The position numbers and the translations under genes are program-made. From a bacterium (GTDB lineage Bacteria; SZUA-79; Acidulodesulfobacterales; Acidulodesulfobacteraceae): DNA of 64,000 nucleotides. Positions within the stretch are counted from its first letter, which is position 1, and every line of letters starts with the position of its first letter. Location: NCBI GenBank assembly GCA_021802425.1, contig JAJZXJ010000002.1, positions 46,508 through 110,507 on the forward strand. Reading direction: 5' to 3'. Below are positions 51,722 through 63,017 of the stretch, piece by piece. The notes under the pieces are model-generated. The model was not told the DNA's origin and made no database searches. It saw nothing but the letters and a program-made list of their open reading frames with translations.

Positions 51722-51746
51722 GTAATAATAGAGGAATATAAATAAA

Positions 51747-52181
51747 ATGATAAATTTAAGCGAATTCGGCAAACATAATAACAAAAAAAGAAAGCGATTA
51801 GGAAGGGGTTCGGGATCAGGGCACGGTCAGACATCGGGAAAAGGCAATAAAGGTCAGAATGCAAGAGCCGGCGGCGGCGTCAGGCCGGGTTTTGAAGGCG
51901 GGCAGATGCCGTACATTAGAAGGGTTCCCAAAAGAGGGTTTAATAATCCATTAAAGGAACGATATGCCATAGTCAACCTTGATGCCCTGGCAAATCTAAA
52001 AGACGGGAATATCGATATAGATGTTTTAAAACAGAACGGAATATTAAAAAAGGGCGAAAAGAGATTTAAGCTTTTGGGCAGCGGAGAGATTGATAGAAAA
52101 TTGAATATAGTTTGCAATAAAATCTCGAAAAAAGCAAAGGAAAAGATAGAGAATAATGGTGGAGCCGTAAGGATAATATAA
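51747..52181 (+). CDS. rplO: 50S ribosomal protein L15
   Basis: KRLGRGSGSGHGQTSGKGNKGQ. Confidence 0.96.
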   Translation: MINLSEFGKHNNKKRKRLGRGSGSGHGQTSGKGNKGQNARAGGGVRPGFEGGQMPYIRRVPKRGFNNPLKERYAIVNLDALANLKDGNIDIDVLKQNGILKKGEKRFKLLGSGEIDRKLNIVCNKISKKAKEKIENNGGAVRII

Positions 52182-53485
52182 TGGCGCAAAGCTTTGAAAA
52201 TTTAGGGAAAATTCCGGAGTTAAGAAACCGTATTCTTTATACGCTCTTAATGTTCATAGTTTTTAGGATCGGGGTTTATATTACGACCCCGGGTGTTAAT
52301 CCGGTTGCACTGACGCAATTTTTTCATGCCTCAAACAGTAATCTATTCGGGCTTTTTAATATGTTTACGGGGGGAGCGCTATCCAGATTCTCGATATTTT
52401 CCCTGGGTATTATGCCGTATATAAGTTCTTCCATTATATTTCAAATGCTGCCCATGGTTATTCCTTCGTTAGAAAGATTACAGAAAGAGGGCGGAGATGC
52501 CGGAAGAAAAAAATTTATGCAATATATAAGATATGGGACGGTTATTCTTTCCTTATTTCAGTCTATCGGCATTAGCTACGGCATCGAATTAATGAAAAGC
52601 CCAGGCGGAATGCCCGTTGTCGGCCACCCGGGGTTAAATTTTATGATGATATCGGTAATAACCTTAACTGCCGGTACGGTTTTTGTAATGTGGATAGGAG
52701 AAGAGATTTCGGAGCGCGGGATAGGAAACGGCATATCCCTTATAATATTCGCGGGAATTGTCGCCGCTATACCGGCGGCATTGATAAATACCGTAAAGAT
52801 AGTTCAAACCGGCGAACTTAATGTGATGCTTATGGTTCTAATTGCCGCAATGATGATTCTTGTAATAGGATTTATTGTTTTTGTGGAGTCCGCCCAAAGA
52901 AGAATACCCGTTCAGTATGCTAAAAAAATGGTTGGGAGGAAATTATATTCGGGTCAAAGCAGTTATCTCCCGATAAAGGTTAATACGCCGGGCGTCATCC
53001 CTCCTATTTTTGCGATGTCGATACTTCTTTTTCCGGCTACCATTGCCAATTTTATTAAACTTCCCGCTTTCGAGGGAATATCAAGTTATTTAAACCCTGC
53101 AGGTTTGGTGTATAATATCCTGTTCGTTGCATTAATTTTTTTCTTTTGTTATTTTTATACCGCAATTACATTTAAAGTCGATGATGTTGCAGATGATTTA
53201 CGTAAATACGGCGGGAATATTCCGGGAATTAAACCGGGTAAATCCACCGCCCATTACATCGATAAAATTTTAAACAGGGTTACATTTATCGGAGCTATTT
53301 ATGTTTCGGCAATTTGTTTATTACCCACTATTTTAATTAATAAATTTCATGTCCCGTTTTACTTTGGAGGAACAGGGCTTTTGATAGTAGTGGTTGTGGC
53401 GATGGATACCATAGTTCAGATTCAATCACATTTATTATACAGGAATTATGATAGTTTGCTTAAAAAAGTTTCAAAAAAGAAATAA
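52181..53485 (+). CDS. secY: Preprotein translocase subunit SecY
   Basis: 434 aa with 10 TM segments and the SIFSLGIMPYISSSII signature. The ATG overlaps the rplO stop (TAATG). Confidence 0.97.
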   Translation: MAQSFENLGKIPELRNRILYTLLMFIVFRIGVYITTPGVNPVALTQFFHASNSNLFGLFNMFTGGALSRFSIFSLGIMPYISSSIIFQMLPMVIPSLERLQKEGGDAGRKKFMQYIRYGTVILSLFQSIGISYGIELMKSPGGMPVVGHPGLNFMMISVITLTAGTVFVMWIGEEISERGIGNGISLIIFAGIVAAIPAALINTVKIVQTGELNVMLMVLIAAMMILVIGFIVFVESAQRRIPVQYAKKMVGRKLYSGQSSYLPIKVNTPGVIPPIFAMSILLFPATIANFIKLPAFEGISSYLNPAGLVYNILFVALIFFFCYFYTAITFKVDDVADDLRKYGGNIPGIKPGKSTAHYIDKILNRVTFIGAIYVSAICLLPTILINKFHVPFYFGGTGLLIVVVVAMDTIVQIQSHLLYRNYDSLLKKVSKKK

Positions 53486-53549
53486 TAATATTCCGGTTTT
53501 TTTAATTAACGGGGGTATGAAAATTAATAATTTCAATTTGAGGTGAAAA

Positions 53550-54197
53550 ATGAAGAGCAGGATTTTTATTTTAATCGGTCCTCCCGGGGCGGGCAAGGGA
53601 ACTCAGGCTAAAAATATTGCAAATTTAAAGGATTTTGTTCTTATTTCCACCGGCGACCTTTTAAGAGAAAATGTGGAAAAAAAGACCGAACTTGGAATTA
53701 CCGCGAAATCGTACATGGATAAAGGGGAACTTGTTCCCACCGAATTAGTTGCCCGTATGATAAAAGCCAATATCAAACAGAATATCGGCAGAAACGGGTT
53801 TTTATTTGACGGGTTTCCAAGGGATTTAGCGCAGAATGCTCTTTTAAGCGAGATGCTGAAAGAATTTAATCTGGATGTTGACAAGGTAATTTATATAGAT
53901 GTGAAAGATGAAGCAATTTATGAAAGGCTCACTAACAGGAGGATATGTCCTAAATGTAAAAAGGTTTATCACATGAAGTATAATCCTCCGAAACATGACG
54001 AGTTATGCGACGATTGCAATGTATCTCTTATCGTCAGAGACGACGACAAAATAGATGTAATTAAGAAAAGATTGGAAGTTTACCACAAATCGACCCAACC
54101 GTTAGTCGATTATTTTGAGAAGAGCGGCAGAATTACTAAAATTAATGGCGAAAGAACGCCTAAAGAAGTTGAGGGTGAGATTATTTCGAATATATAA
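53550..54197 (+). CDS. adk: Adenylate kinase (Cys4 zinc lid)
   Basis: GPPGAGKGTQ P-loop. The lid reads CPKC...CDDC. Confidence 0.96.
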   Translation: MKSRIFILIGPPGAGKGTQAKNIANLKDFVLISTGDLLRENVEKKTELGITAKSYMDKGELVPTELVARMIKANIKQNIGRNGFLFDGFPRDLAQNALLSEMLKEFNLDVDKVIYIDVKDEAIYERLTNRRICPKCKKVYHMKYNPPKHDELCDDCNVSLIVRDDDKIDVIKKRLEVYHKSTQPLVDYFEKSGRITKINGERTPKEVEGEIISNI

Positions 54198-54204
54198 GTA
54201 TTAA

Positions 54205-54945
54205 ATGATAAATCTTAAAAGTGAAGTTGATATCGAAGGAATAAGGAATGCAGGGATAATTGTCAGAAAAGTGCTTAATGAACTATCGAGCATTACCAAG
54301 CCGGGAATTGCAACAATGGAGTATAACAGCGTCTGCGAAGAGATTGCATTTTCTATGAATGCCGTGCCGGCATTTAAAGGATATAACGGATTTCCTTATT
54401 CGGTATGCGTTTCGGTCAACGAAGAAGTCGTTCACGGTTTTCCGTCAAAAAGAAGGCTTAGAGAAGGTGATATCGTAAGTATCGATTTTGGATCGTATTA
54501 CAAAGATTACTATGCCGATGCCGCTATTACCGTTGCGGTTGGGGATATTTCAAATAAAGCCTTAAAGCTGATGGAAATAACAAAAGAGGCATTAAATCTT
54601 GGAATATCTAAGGCTGTGCCGGGGAATAAACTTAACGATATTTCAAGGATAATCGAAGAATATGTCGTGAAAAATAATTTTGCGGTTGTGAGAGACTTTG
54701 TGGGGCATGGGGTTGGATTTAAATTGCACGAAGATCCCCAGGTTCCCAATTATTATATTAAAGATAACGATATGTTACTGGAAGAAGGGTTGGTTATAGC
54801 GATTGAGCCCATGGTAAACGAATTTGGTTATAAAGTTAAAGTTAAGAAGAACGGATGGACAGTTGTTACGCGGGATAAAGGCCTATCGGCGCACTTCGAA
54901 CATACAGTTGCTATAACAAAAGAAGGTCCGCAAATCTTAACATAA
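54205..54945 (+). CDS. map: Methionine aminopeptidase type I
   Basis: Metal ligand blocks ([28 protein letters not shown]). Confidence 0.95.
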   Translation: MINLKSEVDIEGIRNAGIIVRKVLNELSSITKPGIATMEYNSVCEEIAFSMNAVPAFKGYNGFPYSVCVSVNEEVVHGFPSKRRLREGDIVSIDFGSYYKDYYADAAITVAVGDISNKALKLMEITKEALNLGISKAVPGNKLNDISRIIEEYVVKNNFAVVRDFVGHGVGFKLHEDPQVPNYYIKDNDMLLEEGLVIAIEPMVNEFGYKVKVKKNGWTVVTRDKGLSAHFEHTVAITKEGPQILT

Positions 54946-54956
54946 GGAAAAACTTA

Positions 54957-55178
54957 ATGGCAAGCAAGGAAGATTTGATAGAGGTCGAAGGAACGGTTGT
55001 GGAACCGTTGCCCAATGCAATGTTTAGGGTTGAACTCGAAAATGGACACAAGGTATTGGCTCACATATCAGGGAAAATGCGCATGCATTACATTAAAATT
55101 CTTCCAGGCGATAAAGTGACCGTTCAGCTTTCACCTTATGATTTAACCCGGGGACGAATTATATTTAGAAGTAAGTAA
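54957..55178 (+). CDS. infA: Translation initiation factor IF-1
   Basis: [35 protein letters not shown]. Confidence 0.97.
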   Translation: MASKEDLIEVEGTVVEPLPNAMFRVELENGHKVLAHISGKMRMHYIKILPGDKVTVQLSPYDLTRGRIIFRSK

Positions 55179-55218
55179 ATAAAATAAAAGTAAAAAGAAA
55201 TTATAAAGGAGTTTAAAA

Positions 55219-55332
55219 TTGAAAGTCAGATCTTCGGTTAAAAAAATATGCGATAAATGCAAGGTTGTAAAGAGAAAGGGCGTTGTAAGAATAATTTGTG
55301 AAAATCCAAAACATAAACAGCGTCAAGGTTAA
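55219..55332 (+). CDS. rpmJ: 50S ribosomal protein L36
   Basis: Hand-translated as [37 protein letters not shown] (37 aa). TTG start 7 nt after AAGGAG. It is not in the ORF track (below the cut-off). Confidence 0.9.
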   Translation: MKVRSSVKKICDKCKVVKRKGVVRIICENPKHKQRQG

Positions 55333-55344
55333 TAAGGAGGAAAA

Positions 55345-55710
55345 ATGGCCAGAATTTCAGGAATTGACCTGCCAAAGGATAAAAGAATCGAAATTGCCTT
55401 AACTTATATTTTTGGGCTGGGGAGATCATTGTCGAAAAGAATTTTAGAAAAAGCCGATATCAGCCCGGATTTAAAGGCGAAAGATTTGACCGATGTCCAG
55501 GTTAACCTCATAAGGCAAATAATTGACGGTGAATATAAGGTTGAGGGTGATTTAAGAAGGGAAATCCAGATGAACATAAAAAGGTTAATCGATATCGGGA
55601 GCTACAGAGGTCTCAGACATAAAAGAGGATTGCCCGTAAGAGGACAGAGAACAAAAACTAATGCCAGAACAAGAAAAGGACCGAGGAAATCTACAACCTC
55701 AGGCAAATAA
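55345..55710 (+). CDS. rpsM: 30S ribosomal protein S13
   Basis: [15 protein letters not shown]-terminus. Confidence 0.97.
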   Translation: MARISGIDLPKDKRIEIALTYIFGLGRSLSKRILEKADISPDLKAKDLTDVQVNLIRQIIDGEYKVEGDLRREIQMNIKRLIDIGSYRGLRHKRGLPVRGQRTKTNARTRKGPRKSTTSGK

Positions 55711-55746
55711 CTTTTTTAATAACGATTTTATTTTTAAGAGGTATAA

Positions 55747-56142
55747 ATGGCGAATACAAAAAAAAATATAGTAAAAAAGAAAAAAGAAAAGAAAAATATT
55801 CAAAATGCAATTGCTCACATAAAATCGACATTTAACAACACGATTGTTTGCATAACCGATTTAAGCGGCAATGTTCTTGCATGGTCTAGCGCAGGAACAA
55901 GCGGATTTAAGGGCTCCAGGAAAAGCACCCCTTATGCGGGACAGGTTGCAGCCGAACAGGTGGCTAAAAAAGTATCCGATTACGGGGTTTCCAATATCGA
56001 AGTATTCATTAAAGGTCCTGGAGGAGGAAGGGAATCGGCTCTTAGAGCCCTTCAAAGTTCCGGTTTTAACATTACAATGATTAAAGATGTAACGCCTATA
56101 CCGCATAACGGATGCAGGCCCCCGAAAAGGAGAAGGGTGTAA
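55747..56142 (+). CDS. rpsK: 30S ribosomal protein S11
   Basis: [14 protein letters not shown]...[16 protein letters not shown]. Confidence 0.97.
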   Translation: MANTKKNIVKKKKEKKNIQNAIAHIKSTFNNTIVCITDLSGNVLAWSSAGTSGFKGSRKSTPYAGQVAAEQVAKKVSDYGVSNIEVFIKGPGGGRESALRALQSSGFNITMIKDVTPIPHNGCRPPKRRRV

Positions 56143-56168
56143 CTATATAAAAATTTACGAGGTGAAAT

Positions 56169-56795
56169 GTGGCTAAATATAACGATGCCGTTTGCAAAAT
56201 CTGCAGAAGAGAAGGGGCAAAGCTCTTTTTAAAAGGTGACAGATGTTATTCCGATAAATGTTCATATGATAAAAGAGAATATGCTCCAGGCGAACATAAA
56301 GGCGCCAGGAGAAAATTATCGGAGTACGGGGAGCAATTAAGGGAAAAACAGAAATTAAAAAGAACATACGGACTTCTGGAAAGGCAATTTAAAAAAACAT
56401 ATAGAACCGGTGAAAAAATGAAAGGAATAACCGGTGAAAATTTGCTGTCTTTATTGGAAAGAAGGCTTGATAATGCGGTTTATGCTTTTGGATTTGCAAA
56501 TTCAAGGAAATTAGCAAGACTTTTGGTTGCACACGGGCATTTTACGGTTAACGGAAGAAAGGTAAATATTCCTTCATATGTTTTAAAGCCGGGTGATGAA
56601 GTTATGGTATGCGAAAAGAGTAGAAAATGTGATCTTATCAACAGTTCATTGGAGTCTTCCGTGAGAAAGATGCGCCCCGGATATTTCGAACTGGATAAGG
56701 ATGCATATAAAGGCGTGATAAAGAGCATTCCGGAAAGAGACGAAATTATCTCGACAGCTAATGAGAAACTTATAGTCGAGCTTTATTCTAAATAG
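56169..56795 (+). CDS. rpsD: 30S ribosomal protein S4
   Basis: GTG start. The N-terminal zinc knuckle is CKICRREG...CYSDKC, and an S4 domain is present. Confidence 0.95.
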   Translation: MAKYNDAVCKICRREGAKLFLKGDRCYSDKCSYDKREYAPGEHKGARRKLSEYGEQLREKQKLKRTYGLLERQFKKTYRTGEKMKGITGENLLSLLERRLDNAVYAFGFANSRKLARLLVAHGHFTVNGRKVNIPSYVLKPGDEVMVCEKSRKCDLINSSLESSVRKMRPGYFELDKDAYKGVIKSIPERDEIISTANEKLIVELYSK

Positions 56796-56827
56796 ACAGG
56801 CGCCTAATAAAAAATTTTGGAGGCAAT

Positions 56828-57832
56828 ATGAAAAAAAATTGGCTTTCGCTTATTAAGCCAAAAAAAATCGAGTTTGAAAAAGAAACATACACGGATTATT
56901 ATGGAAAATTAGTAGTCGAACCTTTAGAAAGAGGGTTTGGAGTTACCGTTGGTAATTCACTCAGGAGGGTTCTTTTGTCTTCGATAGTCGGCTATAAGAT
57001 ATCGGAGGTTAAAATAGACGGCATATCCCATGAATTTTCACCTGTTCCGGGTATTGCGGAAGATGTCTCGGAAATTATTTTAAATTTAAAAGATATTGAT
57101 TTCAACATGACTGCGGGCGAGCCGGAATTAGTATATCTTGACATAGATAGGGAAGGAGATGTTTATGCTTCGGATATAAAAACATCTCAAAATATTGAAG
57201 TTGTCAATAAAGAAAAAAAGATATTAAGGATAGCAAAGGGCGGCCATTTTAAAGCCGAGATGCTTGTCAGGGGCGGAAGAGGGTATGTGCCGAGCGAACT
57301 CAATACGCGGGAGGACGCGCCGATTGGAACGATAACCTTAGATGTGGCTTATTCCCCGATTAAAAAGGTTACAATGGATGTATCTTACGCAAGAGTCGGC
57401 GGAATAACGGACTATGATAAGCTTGTAATGGAGATATATACCAATGGATTTATTACTCCTGAGGATGCGCTTAACGAATCGGCTTTGATTTTACAGGAAC
57501 AGATTTCGGTTTTTGTTGCCTTCGAGGAAATGGAGCAGTTAATTGAAAAAAAACCGCAATTCGAAAACGAAAAACCTAAAGAAAATCAGATAAACGAAAA
57601 TCTTTTTAAAAATGTCGATGAGCTTGAACTTTCGGTTAGATCCGCAAATTGTCTAAAAAACGCCAATATAAAAACCATTTATGAGCTTGTTCAAAAAACC
57701 GAGGGAGAAATGCTTAGAACAAAGAATTTCGGAAGAAAATCTCTTAATGAGATAAAAGAGGTTTTGTCCACAATGGGTTTAAATTTTGGAATGAAACTTG
57801 ACAATGTAAGTATCCAAAAACAAGAGAAATAA
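56828..57832 (+). CDS. rpoA: DNA-directed RNA polymerase alpha subunit
   Basis: NTD blocks ([17 protein letters not shown]) and the CTD ([17 protein letters not shown]). Confidence 0.97.
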   Translation: MKKNWLSLIKPKKIEFEKETYTDYYGKLVVEPLERGFGVTVGNSLRRVLLSSIVGYKISEVKIDGISHEFSPVPGIAEDVSEIILNLKDIDFNMTAGEPELVYLDIDREGDVYASDIKTSQNIEVVNKEKKILRIAKGGHFKAEMLVRGGRGYVPSELNTREDAPIGTITLDVAYSPIKKVTMDVSYARVGGITDYDKLVMEIYTNGFITPEDALNESALILQEQISVFVAFEEMEQLIEKKPQFENEKPKENQINENLFKNVDELELSVRSANCLKNANIKTIYELVQKTEGEMLRTKNFGRKSLNEIKEVLSTMGLNFGMKLDNVSIQKQEK

Positions 57833-57857
57833 TTTATTATAAATATAGAGGTATTCA

Positions 57858-58223
57858 ATGCGTCACAGGAAAATTAAAACCAGGTTAAACAGAACATCTT
57901 CACATAGAACCTCGCTTTTAAGAAATATGGCGTCCTCTCTTATAGAACATGAAAGGATTGAGACCACTCTGCCGAAGGCAAAGGTCCTGAGAAGCTATGT
58001 AGAAAAACTTATTACAATAGGCAAAATAGATTCCGTTGCCAAAAGAAGGCTTGCATTTTCAAGGCTTAGAAGTAAAGGGGCTACTACTAAGCTTTTTAAA
58101 GAGTTGGGGCCGAGATATAAAGATAGGCCGGGAGGATATGTCAGGATTATAAAAACAGGTTTTAGGCCCGGAGATTTAAGTCCTATGGGTTTTATAGAAT
58201 TTGTCGTGAAAGAAGAAAAATAG
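57858..58223 (+). CDS. rplQ: 50S ribosomal protein L17
   Basis: [25 protein letters not shown]-terminus. Confidence 0.96.
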   Translation: MRHRKIKTRLNRTSSHRTSLLRNMASSLIEHERIETTLPKAKVLRSYVEKLITIGKIDSVAKRRLAFSRLRSKGATTKLFKELGPRYKDRPGGYVRIIKTGFRPGDLSPMGFIEFVVKEEK

Positions 58224-58290
58224 TCCTGCAAATTGTTCATAGGCAACAAACTATAATAAAGATTAAAAGTATGATATAATCATCACTGTT

Positions 58291-59823
58291 ATGCCTATGA
58301 CAAGTTTTGAGGATATTTTAAACATACCGGACACATTTAATGTAATCCCCGTAATACAAGAAATAAGCGGGGATATGGATACCCCGATATCCATATTTTC
58401 TTCCTTTTATAAAGAATCATACGCATTTTTTTTTGAAAGCGCCGAAGGTGTCGGTAAATGGGGAAGATATTCATTTATATGCTTAAACCCATTTTTGACC
58501 GTTAGCCTGTATAAAGATGTGCTAAGCATTGACAATTTTAGCGGTTCAAGTCTTAAGTTTCCCGAAACTGTTAATCTCAAAAATTTAAACGAAGATATAT
58601 TTTCATATTTAAAAAAAATCCTGTCTAACTTTAGGCTATATGGAAAAGACCTGCCCGAAGCTTTTACGGGGGGTTTATTCGGCTATTTAAGTTACGAGAT
58701 AAGCAGTCTTATCGAAAAACTTCCCCCTCATAAAGCGGATATTACGGATGTTTACGATCTTTTTTTTATGCTCCCCCGGGATATTATAATTTATGACTCT
58801 TTAACTCAAGTTATCATGGTAGTGTCGTTTTTATTTAAAGATAATTTAGAACAGCGGAACCTTAAAAAAGAATATGAGTCCTCATTAAATAGAATAAATG
58901 AAATAACCTCTTTGATTAAAAAAAGGGGGACAGGAACGGATGCCGGTACTGCCGGTACAGGTAAAAAATTTGATATTAAGATTATCGATGAAATAGATTT
59001 TGACGAATATAAGCAAAAGGTTTTAATGGCCAAAGAGTACATTCTGCGCGGGGATATATTTCAGGTGCAGGTATCCAGAAGGAAAAAAATCTTAAATCCG
59101 CCGCCCCCGTTCCTTTTTTATCGGGCGCTAAGGCTTATCAACCCTTCCCCGTATATGTTTTATCTTAAAATTAAAGATTTTGCCATTGTAGGTTCTTCGC
59201 CGGAAAACTTAGTAAAAGTCGCCGGAGATTTCATCGAAACCAGACCTATAGCGGGAACAATTAAGCGGGGGGAAAATCCCGCCGAGGACGATTACCTTGC
59301 GGTTAAACTATTAAACGACCAGAAAGAACGGGCGGAACATATCATGCTTGTGGATTTAGGGAGAAACGACATCGGAAGGGTTTCTAAAAAAGGAACCGTT
59401 AAAGTCGAAAGGCTTATGTATATCGAAAAATATTCCCATGTTCAACATATAGTTACAAGCGTAGTTTCGGAAATAGAAAACGGCAAGGACGGATTTGATT
59501 TAATCAGGGCGACATATCCCGCCGGTACGGTAACCGGCGCGCCAAAAGTTAGGGCAATGGAAATAATCAATGAGCTTGAAGACTCAAAAAGGGGCGTTTA
59601 TGCGGGAGGAGTTGGATATTTTGGGTTTTTAGAAGATAACAGATGTCAAAAAATGGAATTTTGCATAACGATTAGAACGGCGTTATTTAAGGAAGATGCC
59701 GCATACATTCAGGCGGCAGGCGGAATAGTATATGATTCCACGCCCGATCAGGAATTTATGGAAACGGAAAATAAATTAAAGCACTTGATAGCGGCATTTA
59801 ATCTTGTCAATAGACTTAATTAG
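58291..59823 (+). CDS. trpE: Anthranilate synthase component I
   Basis: Chorismate-binding blocks ([43 protein letters not shown]). Confidence 0.93.
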   Translation: MPMTSFEDILNIPDTFNVIPVIQEISGDMDTPISIFSSFYKESYAFFFESAEGVGKWGRYSFICLNPFLTVSLYKDVLSIDNFSGSSLKFPETVNLKNLNEDIFSYLKKILSNFRLYGKDLPEAFTGGLFGYLSYEISSLIEKLPPHKADITDVYDLFFMLPRDIIIYDSLTQVIMVVSFLFKDNLEQRNLKKEYESSLNRINEITSLIKKRGTGTDAGTAGTGKKFDIKIIDEIDFDEYKQKVLMAKEYILRGDIFQVQVSRRKKILNPPPPFLFYRALRLINPSPYMFYLKIKDFAIVGSSPENLVKVAGDFIETRPIAGTIKRGENPAEDDYLAVKLLNDQKERAEHIMLVDLGRNDIGRVSKKGTVKVERLMYIEKYSHVQHIVTSVVSEIENGKDGFDLIRATYPAGTVTGAPKVRAMEIINELEDSKRGVYAGGVGYFGFLEDNRCQKMEFCITIRTALFKEDAAYIQAAGGIVYDSTPDQEFMETENKLKHLIAAFNLVNRLN

Positions 59824-59828
59824 AGTTT

Positions 59829-60395
59829 ATGATATTAATTATAGATAATTATGATTCGTTTACTTATAATATAGTTCAATATGTGGGCGAATTGGGGTTC
59901 GAAGCGGCTGTTTTTAGAAATGACGCCATTGATATTTCGTCGGTTAAAAAGATGAATCCAGAGAAAATTATTATATCGCCCGGGCCAAAATCCCCGCTTG
60001 AAGCGGGGATCACGGTCGATATTATTAAAAATTTTTATGACAAAATCCCGATATTAGGCGTTTGTCTTGGTCATCAGGCTATCGGCTATGCCTTTGGGGC
60101 AGAAATAGTCCGCGCCAAAAATATAATGCACGGAAAGGTTTCGTCTATCAAACACGATTCCTCTATTATTTACAAAGATATACCAAATCCGTTTGAAGCC
60201 ACAAGGTATCACTCGCTTATTATAAAAAAAGAAAAACTTCCGGACATTATAAATATTACTGCAATAAGCGAGGATGACGGCGAGATTATGGGTATTGAGC
60301 TTAAAGGCTATAAGGCATACGGGGTTCAGTTCCATCCCGAGTCTGTTCTTACGGCTTATGGCAAGCAAATAATTAACAATTTCTTATCTATATAA
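59829..60395 (+). CDS. trpG: Anthranilate synthase component II (glutamine amidotransferase)
   Basis: ILIIDNYDSFTYN, the catalytic GVCLGHQ, and HPES. Confidence 0.94.
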   Translation: MILIIDNYDSFTYNIVQYVGELGFEAAVFRNDAIDISSVKKMNPEKIIISPGPKSPLEAGITVDIIKNFYDKIPILGVCLGHQAIGYAFGAEIVRAKNIMHGKVSSIKHDSSIIYKDIPNPFEATRYHSLIIKKEKLPDIINITAISEDDGEIMGIELKGYKAYGVQFHPESVLTAYGKQIINNFLSI

Positions 60396-60410
60396 TTTTA
60401 CGGGCTAAAA

Positions 60411-61442
60411 ATGGAAGAAAATTTTATTAAAACTATACTGGATAGGGTTGCGAATAATGATGCCTTAAATAAAGACGAATCTTATAAAGCTTTTAATATG
60501 ATTTTAAGCGGCGGGTTCACAAACGCGCAAATCGGCTCTTTTTTGACATCCCTTAAAATAAAAGGAGAAAATGTCGGGGAGATAGCCGGAGCGGCAAATG
60601 CTATGAGAGAAAATGTCCTTTCGATACCTATAGAGAACTCCGTCCAATTAGAATTAGTAGATACATGCGGGACAGGCGGGGATTGCAAAAATACTTTTAA
60701 TATTTCTACCTGCGCTGCCTTGATTGCCGCAGGAGCCGGGGTTAAAATAGCAAAACACGGAAACTACGGTGTTTCCTCGAAGTCCGGCAGCGCCGATGTT
60801 TTAAAAGAGTTGGGCGTAAACATATTTATGGACCCGCAAAAGGTTTTGAAATCCATAGAATATGCAAATATCGGTTTTTTATTTGCGCCAAACTTCCATA
60901 CGGCAATGAAATTTGCAGCCCCGGCAAGAAAAGAATTAGGATTTAAAACCATATTTAACATATTGGGACCCCTGACTAATCCATTCGGAGCTAAAAAACA
61001 AATTATCGGCGCATACTCTAAAAATTTAGCGGAAAAAATTGTCGAAGTTTTGAGATTATTAAATACCGAAAGGGCTTTTGTCGTATATGGCAGGGACGGA
61101 ATAGATGAGGTCAGCCTTTCGTCTATTACGGATATTTACGAATTAAACTCCGGCGATATAAGACATTTTGAATTCAATCCGAAAGAATATGGATTTGATT
61201 TTTCTGAGCAGGCCGTATTTCAATCATTTTCGGTTGCCGAAAATGCGAAAATTATATATGATATTATCAGCGGTAAGCCTGGCCCTAAGGCCGATATAGC
61301 GCTTTTAAATGCAGGATTTGCTATTTTGGTTTCGGGGAAAGCGGGCAACTTAAATGAAGCGCTTGATGCGGCAAGGTATTCTATCCTGTCCGGAAGGGCA
61401 ACGAAATCTTTACAAAACCTGATTGAAATTTCCAATAAATAA
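60411..61442 (+). CDS. trpD: Anthranilate phosphoribosyltransferase
   Basis: DTCGTGGD and KHGN motifs. Confidence 0.94.
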   Translation: MEENFIKTILDRVANNDALNKDESYKAFNMILSGGFTNAQIGSFLTSLKIKGENVGEIAGAANAMRENVLSIPIENSVQLELVDTCGTGGDCKNTFNISTCAALIAAGAGVKIAKHGNYGVSSKSGSADVLKELGVNIFMDPQKVLKSIEYANIGFLFAPNFHTAMKFAAPARKELGFKTIFNILGPLTNPFGAKKQIIGAYSKNLAEKIVEVLRLLNTERAFVVYGRDGIDEVSLSSITDIYELNSGDIRHFEFNPKEYGFDFSEQAVFQSFSVAENAKIIYDIISGKPGPKADIALLNAGFAILVSGKAGNLNEALDAARYSILSGRATKSLQNLIEISNK

Positions 61443-61485
61443 TGAAATAATGGTTGGAATGCAGTATTAACAACTGGATAATAAT

Positions 61486-62310
61486 ATGATTTTAGACGAT
61501 ATATTAGAAGAAAAAACAAAAGAGGTAGAAAAATTTAAAGCTTCTATAAACGGGCCCGAATACAAAGCCCAAGCTTATCAAGCCTTTTATGGATTAAGAA
61601 GTTTAAAAAAAGCCTTGAAGCCGAGATCTAACGGAGAAGCTGTGTCTTACCGGATTTGCAGTATAATCGCGGAAGTAAAGAAGGCTTCCCCGTCAAAAGG
61701 GGTTTTGATTCGCGATTTTAAACCCGATGAAATTGCAGAGGTTTACGAAAAAGCCGGGGCAAGCGCCATTTCCGTTTTAACCGATAAGACGTTTTTTATG
61801 GGCAGTCCTTCGGATATATTAAAAGTCAGGAACGCGGTTCATCTTCCTATTTTAAGAAAAGATTTTATTATCGATGAAATTCAAGTTTTTGAGTCTAAAA
61901 TAATAGGGGCGGATGCAATTCTTTTAATTATTAAAGCATTGTCCTCCGAACAATATAAAAACCTCCTTTCTCTTGCCCGGGAACTTTCTTTAGAAGTTCT
62001 TACCGAAATCTCAAATGATGAGGAGCTTGATATAGCAATGAAATATAATGCGGAAATTATAGGGATTAACAGCAGGGACCTTCTGACATTCAAAACCGAT
62101 TTATTTAAAACGGCAAGGATTGCGGAGAAAATACCTCCCGGCAAGCTGATCGTTGCAGAAAGCGGTATTAGCGGAAGGGGGGACATCGAAATGCTGATGA
62201 AAAGAGGGATTAATTCTTTTCTTATAGGCGAAGCCCTCGTTACCTCGGATGATGCGTTGAAAAAATTAAAAGACCTTTTATTGCCGTACACGATAAACAG
62301 TTATTTATGA
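61486..62310 (+). CDS. trpC: Indole-3-glycerol-phosphate synthase
   Basis: IIAEVKKASPSKG, ISVLTD, LRKDFI and GINSRDL blocks. Confidence 0.93.
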   Translation: MILDDILEEKTKEVEKFKASINGPEYKAQAYQAFYGLRSLKKALKPRSNGEAVSYRICSIIAEVKKASPSKGVLIRDFKPDEIAEVYEKAGASAISVLTDKTFFMGSPSDILKVRNAVHLPILRKDFIIDEIQVFESKIIGADAILLIIKALSSEQYKNLLSLARELSLEVLTEISNDEELDIAMKYNAEIIGINSRDLLTFKTDLFKTARIAEKIPPGKLIVAESGISGRGDIEMLMKRGINSFLIGEALVTSDDALKKLKDLLLPYTINSYL

Positions 62311-63017
62311 GGTTTAAGTTCAAAATGCAAAATATTCCAAAGATAAAAATATGCGGGATAACTAACCTTGATGATGCCGAAGAAGCCGTAAGGCTGGGCG
62401 CAGACAGTATAGGTTTTGTATTTTACGGCAAATCAAAAAGGGGCATAATCCCCGAAAAGGCAAAAGAGATTATCGGCGCTTTGCGTAAAACTAAAGAAAA
62501 ATTTTCTAAAGAATTTTTAAGGGTTAACAGGGATATTGTTATTGCCGGTGTTTTTGTCGATGAAGAACAGGAAAAGATTGAAACTATCGTTAATGATTTA
62601 GGCATCGATATCGTTCAGCTATCGGGCGCGGAGTCAACCGGCTATATCGAAGATTTAAATTTAGACAAAAACAGCATTCTTAAAGCTGTTCATATAAAAG
62701 ATGAAGCCAGTATCGAAAAGGTTCATTATTATAAAAATGCGGGCGTTAATATACTTTTAGATACTTACGCCGGCGGAGGCATTTACGGAGGGACGGGTTT
62801 GCCGTTTGACTTAAATCTTATAAAAAATCTTGATTTAAGTTCCATCGTTATAGCGGGAGGAATAGGTCCCGATAATATAAAGTATATTACGGAAACCGTA
62901 ATGCCTTACGGTTTTGATCTTTCTTCGAAAATCGAGGAGTTCCCCGGGAAAAAAGATTATAAAAAAATGAGCAGTTTTTTTGATAATTTTAAAGGAGCTG
63001 TGTATGAAACTGCCTGA
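62307..63017 (+). CDS. trpF: Phosphoribosylanthranilate isomerase
   Basis: KIKICGIT N-terminal motif. It has an ATGA overlap with trpC. An internal Met at 62325 is an alternative start. Confidence 0.9.
   Translation: MRFKFKMQNIPKIKICGITNLDDAEEAVRLGADSIGFVFYGKSKRGIIPEKAKEIIGALRKTKEKFSKEFLRVNRDIVIAGVFVDEEQEKIETIVNDLGIDIVQLSGAESTGYIEDLNLDKNSILKAVHIKDEASIEKVHYYKNAGVNILLDTYAGGGIYGGTGLPFDLNLIKNLDLSSIVIAGGIGPDNIKYITETVMPYGFDLSSKIEEFPGKKDYKKMSSFFDNFKGAVYETA

Noticed and set aside
43300-58249. Shadow ORFs across the ribosomal-protein operons (e.g. 46083..46349, 46906..47325, 47192..47677, 50275..50661, 51854..52189)
   Set aside because: All overlap conserved ribosomal protein genes on the opposite strand or in another frame.
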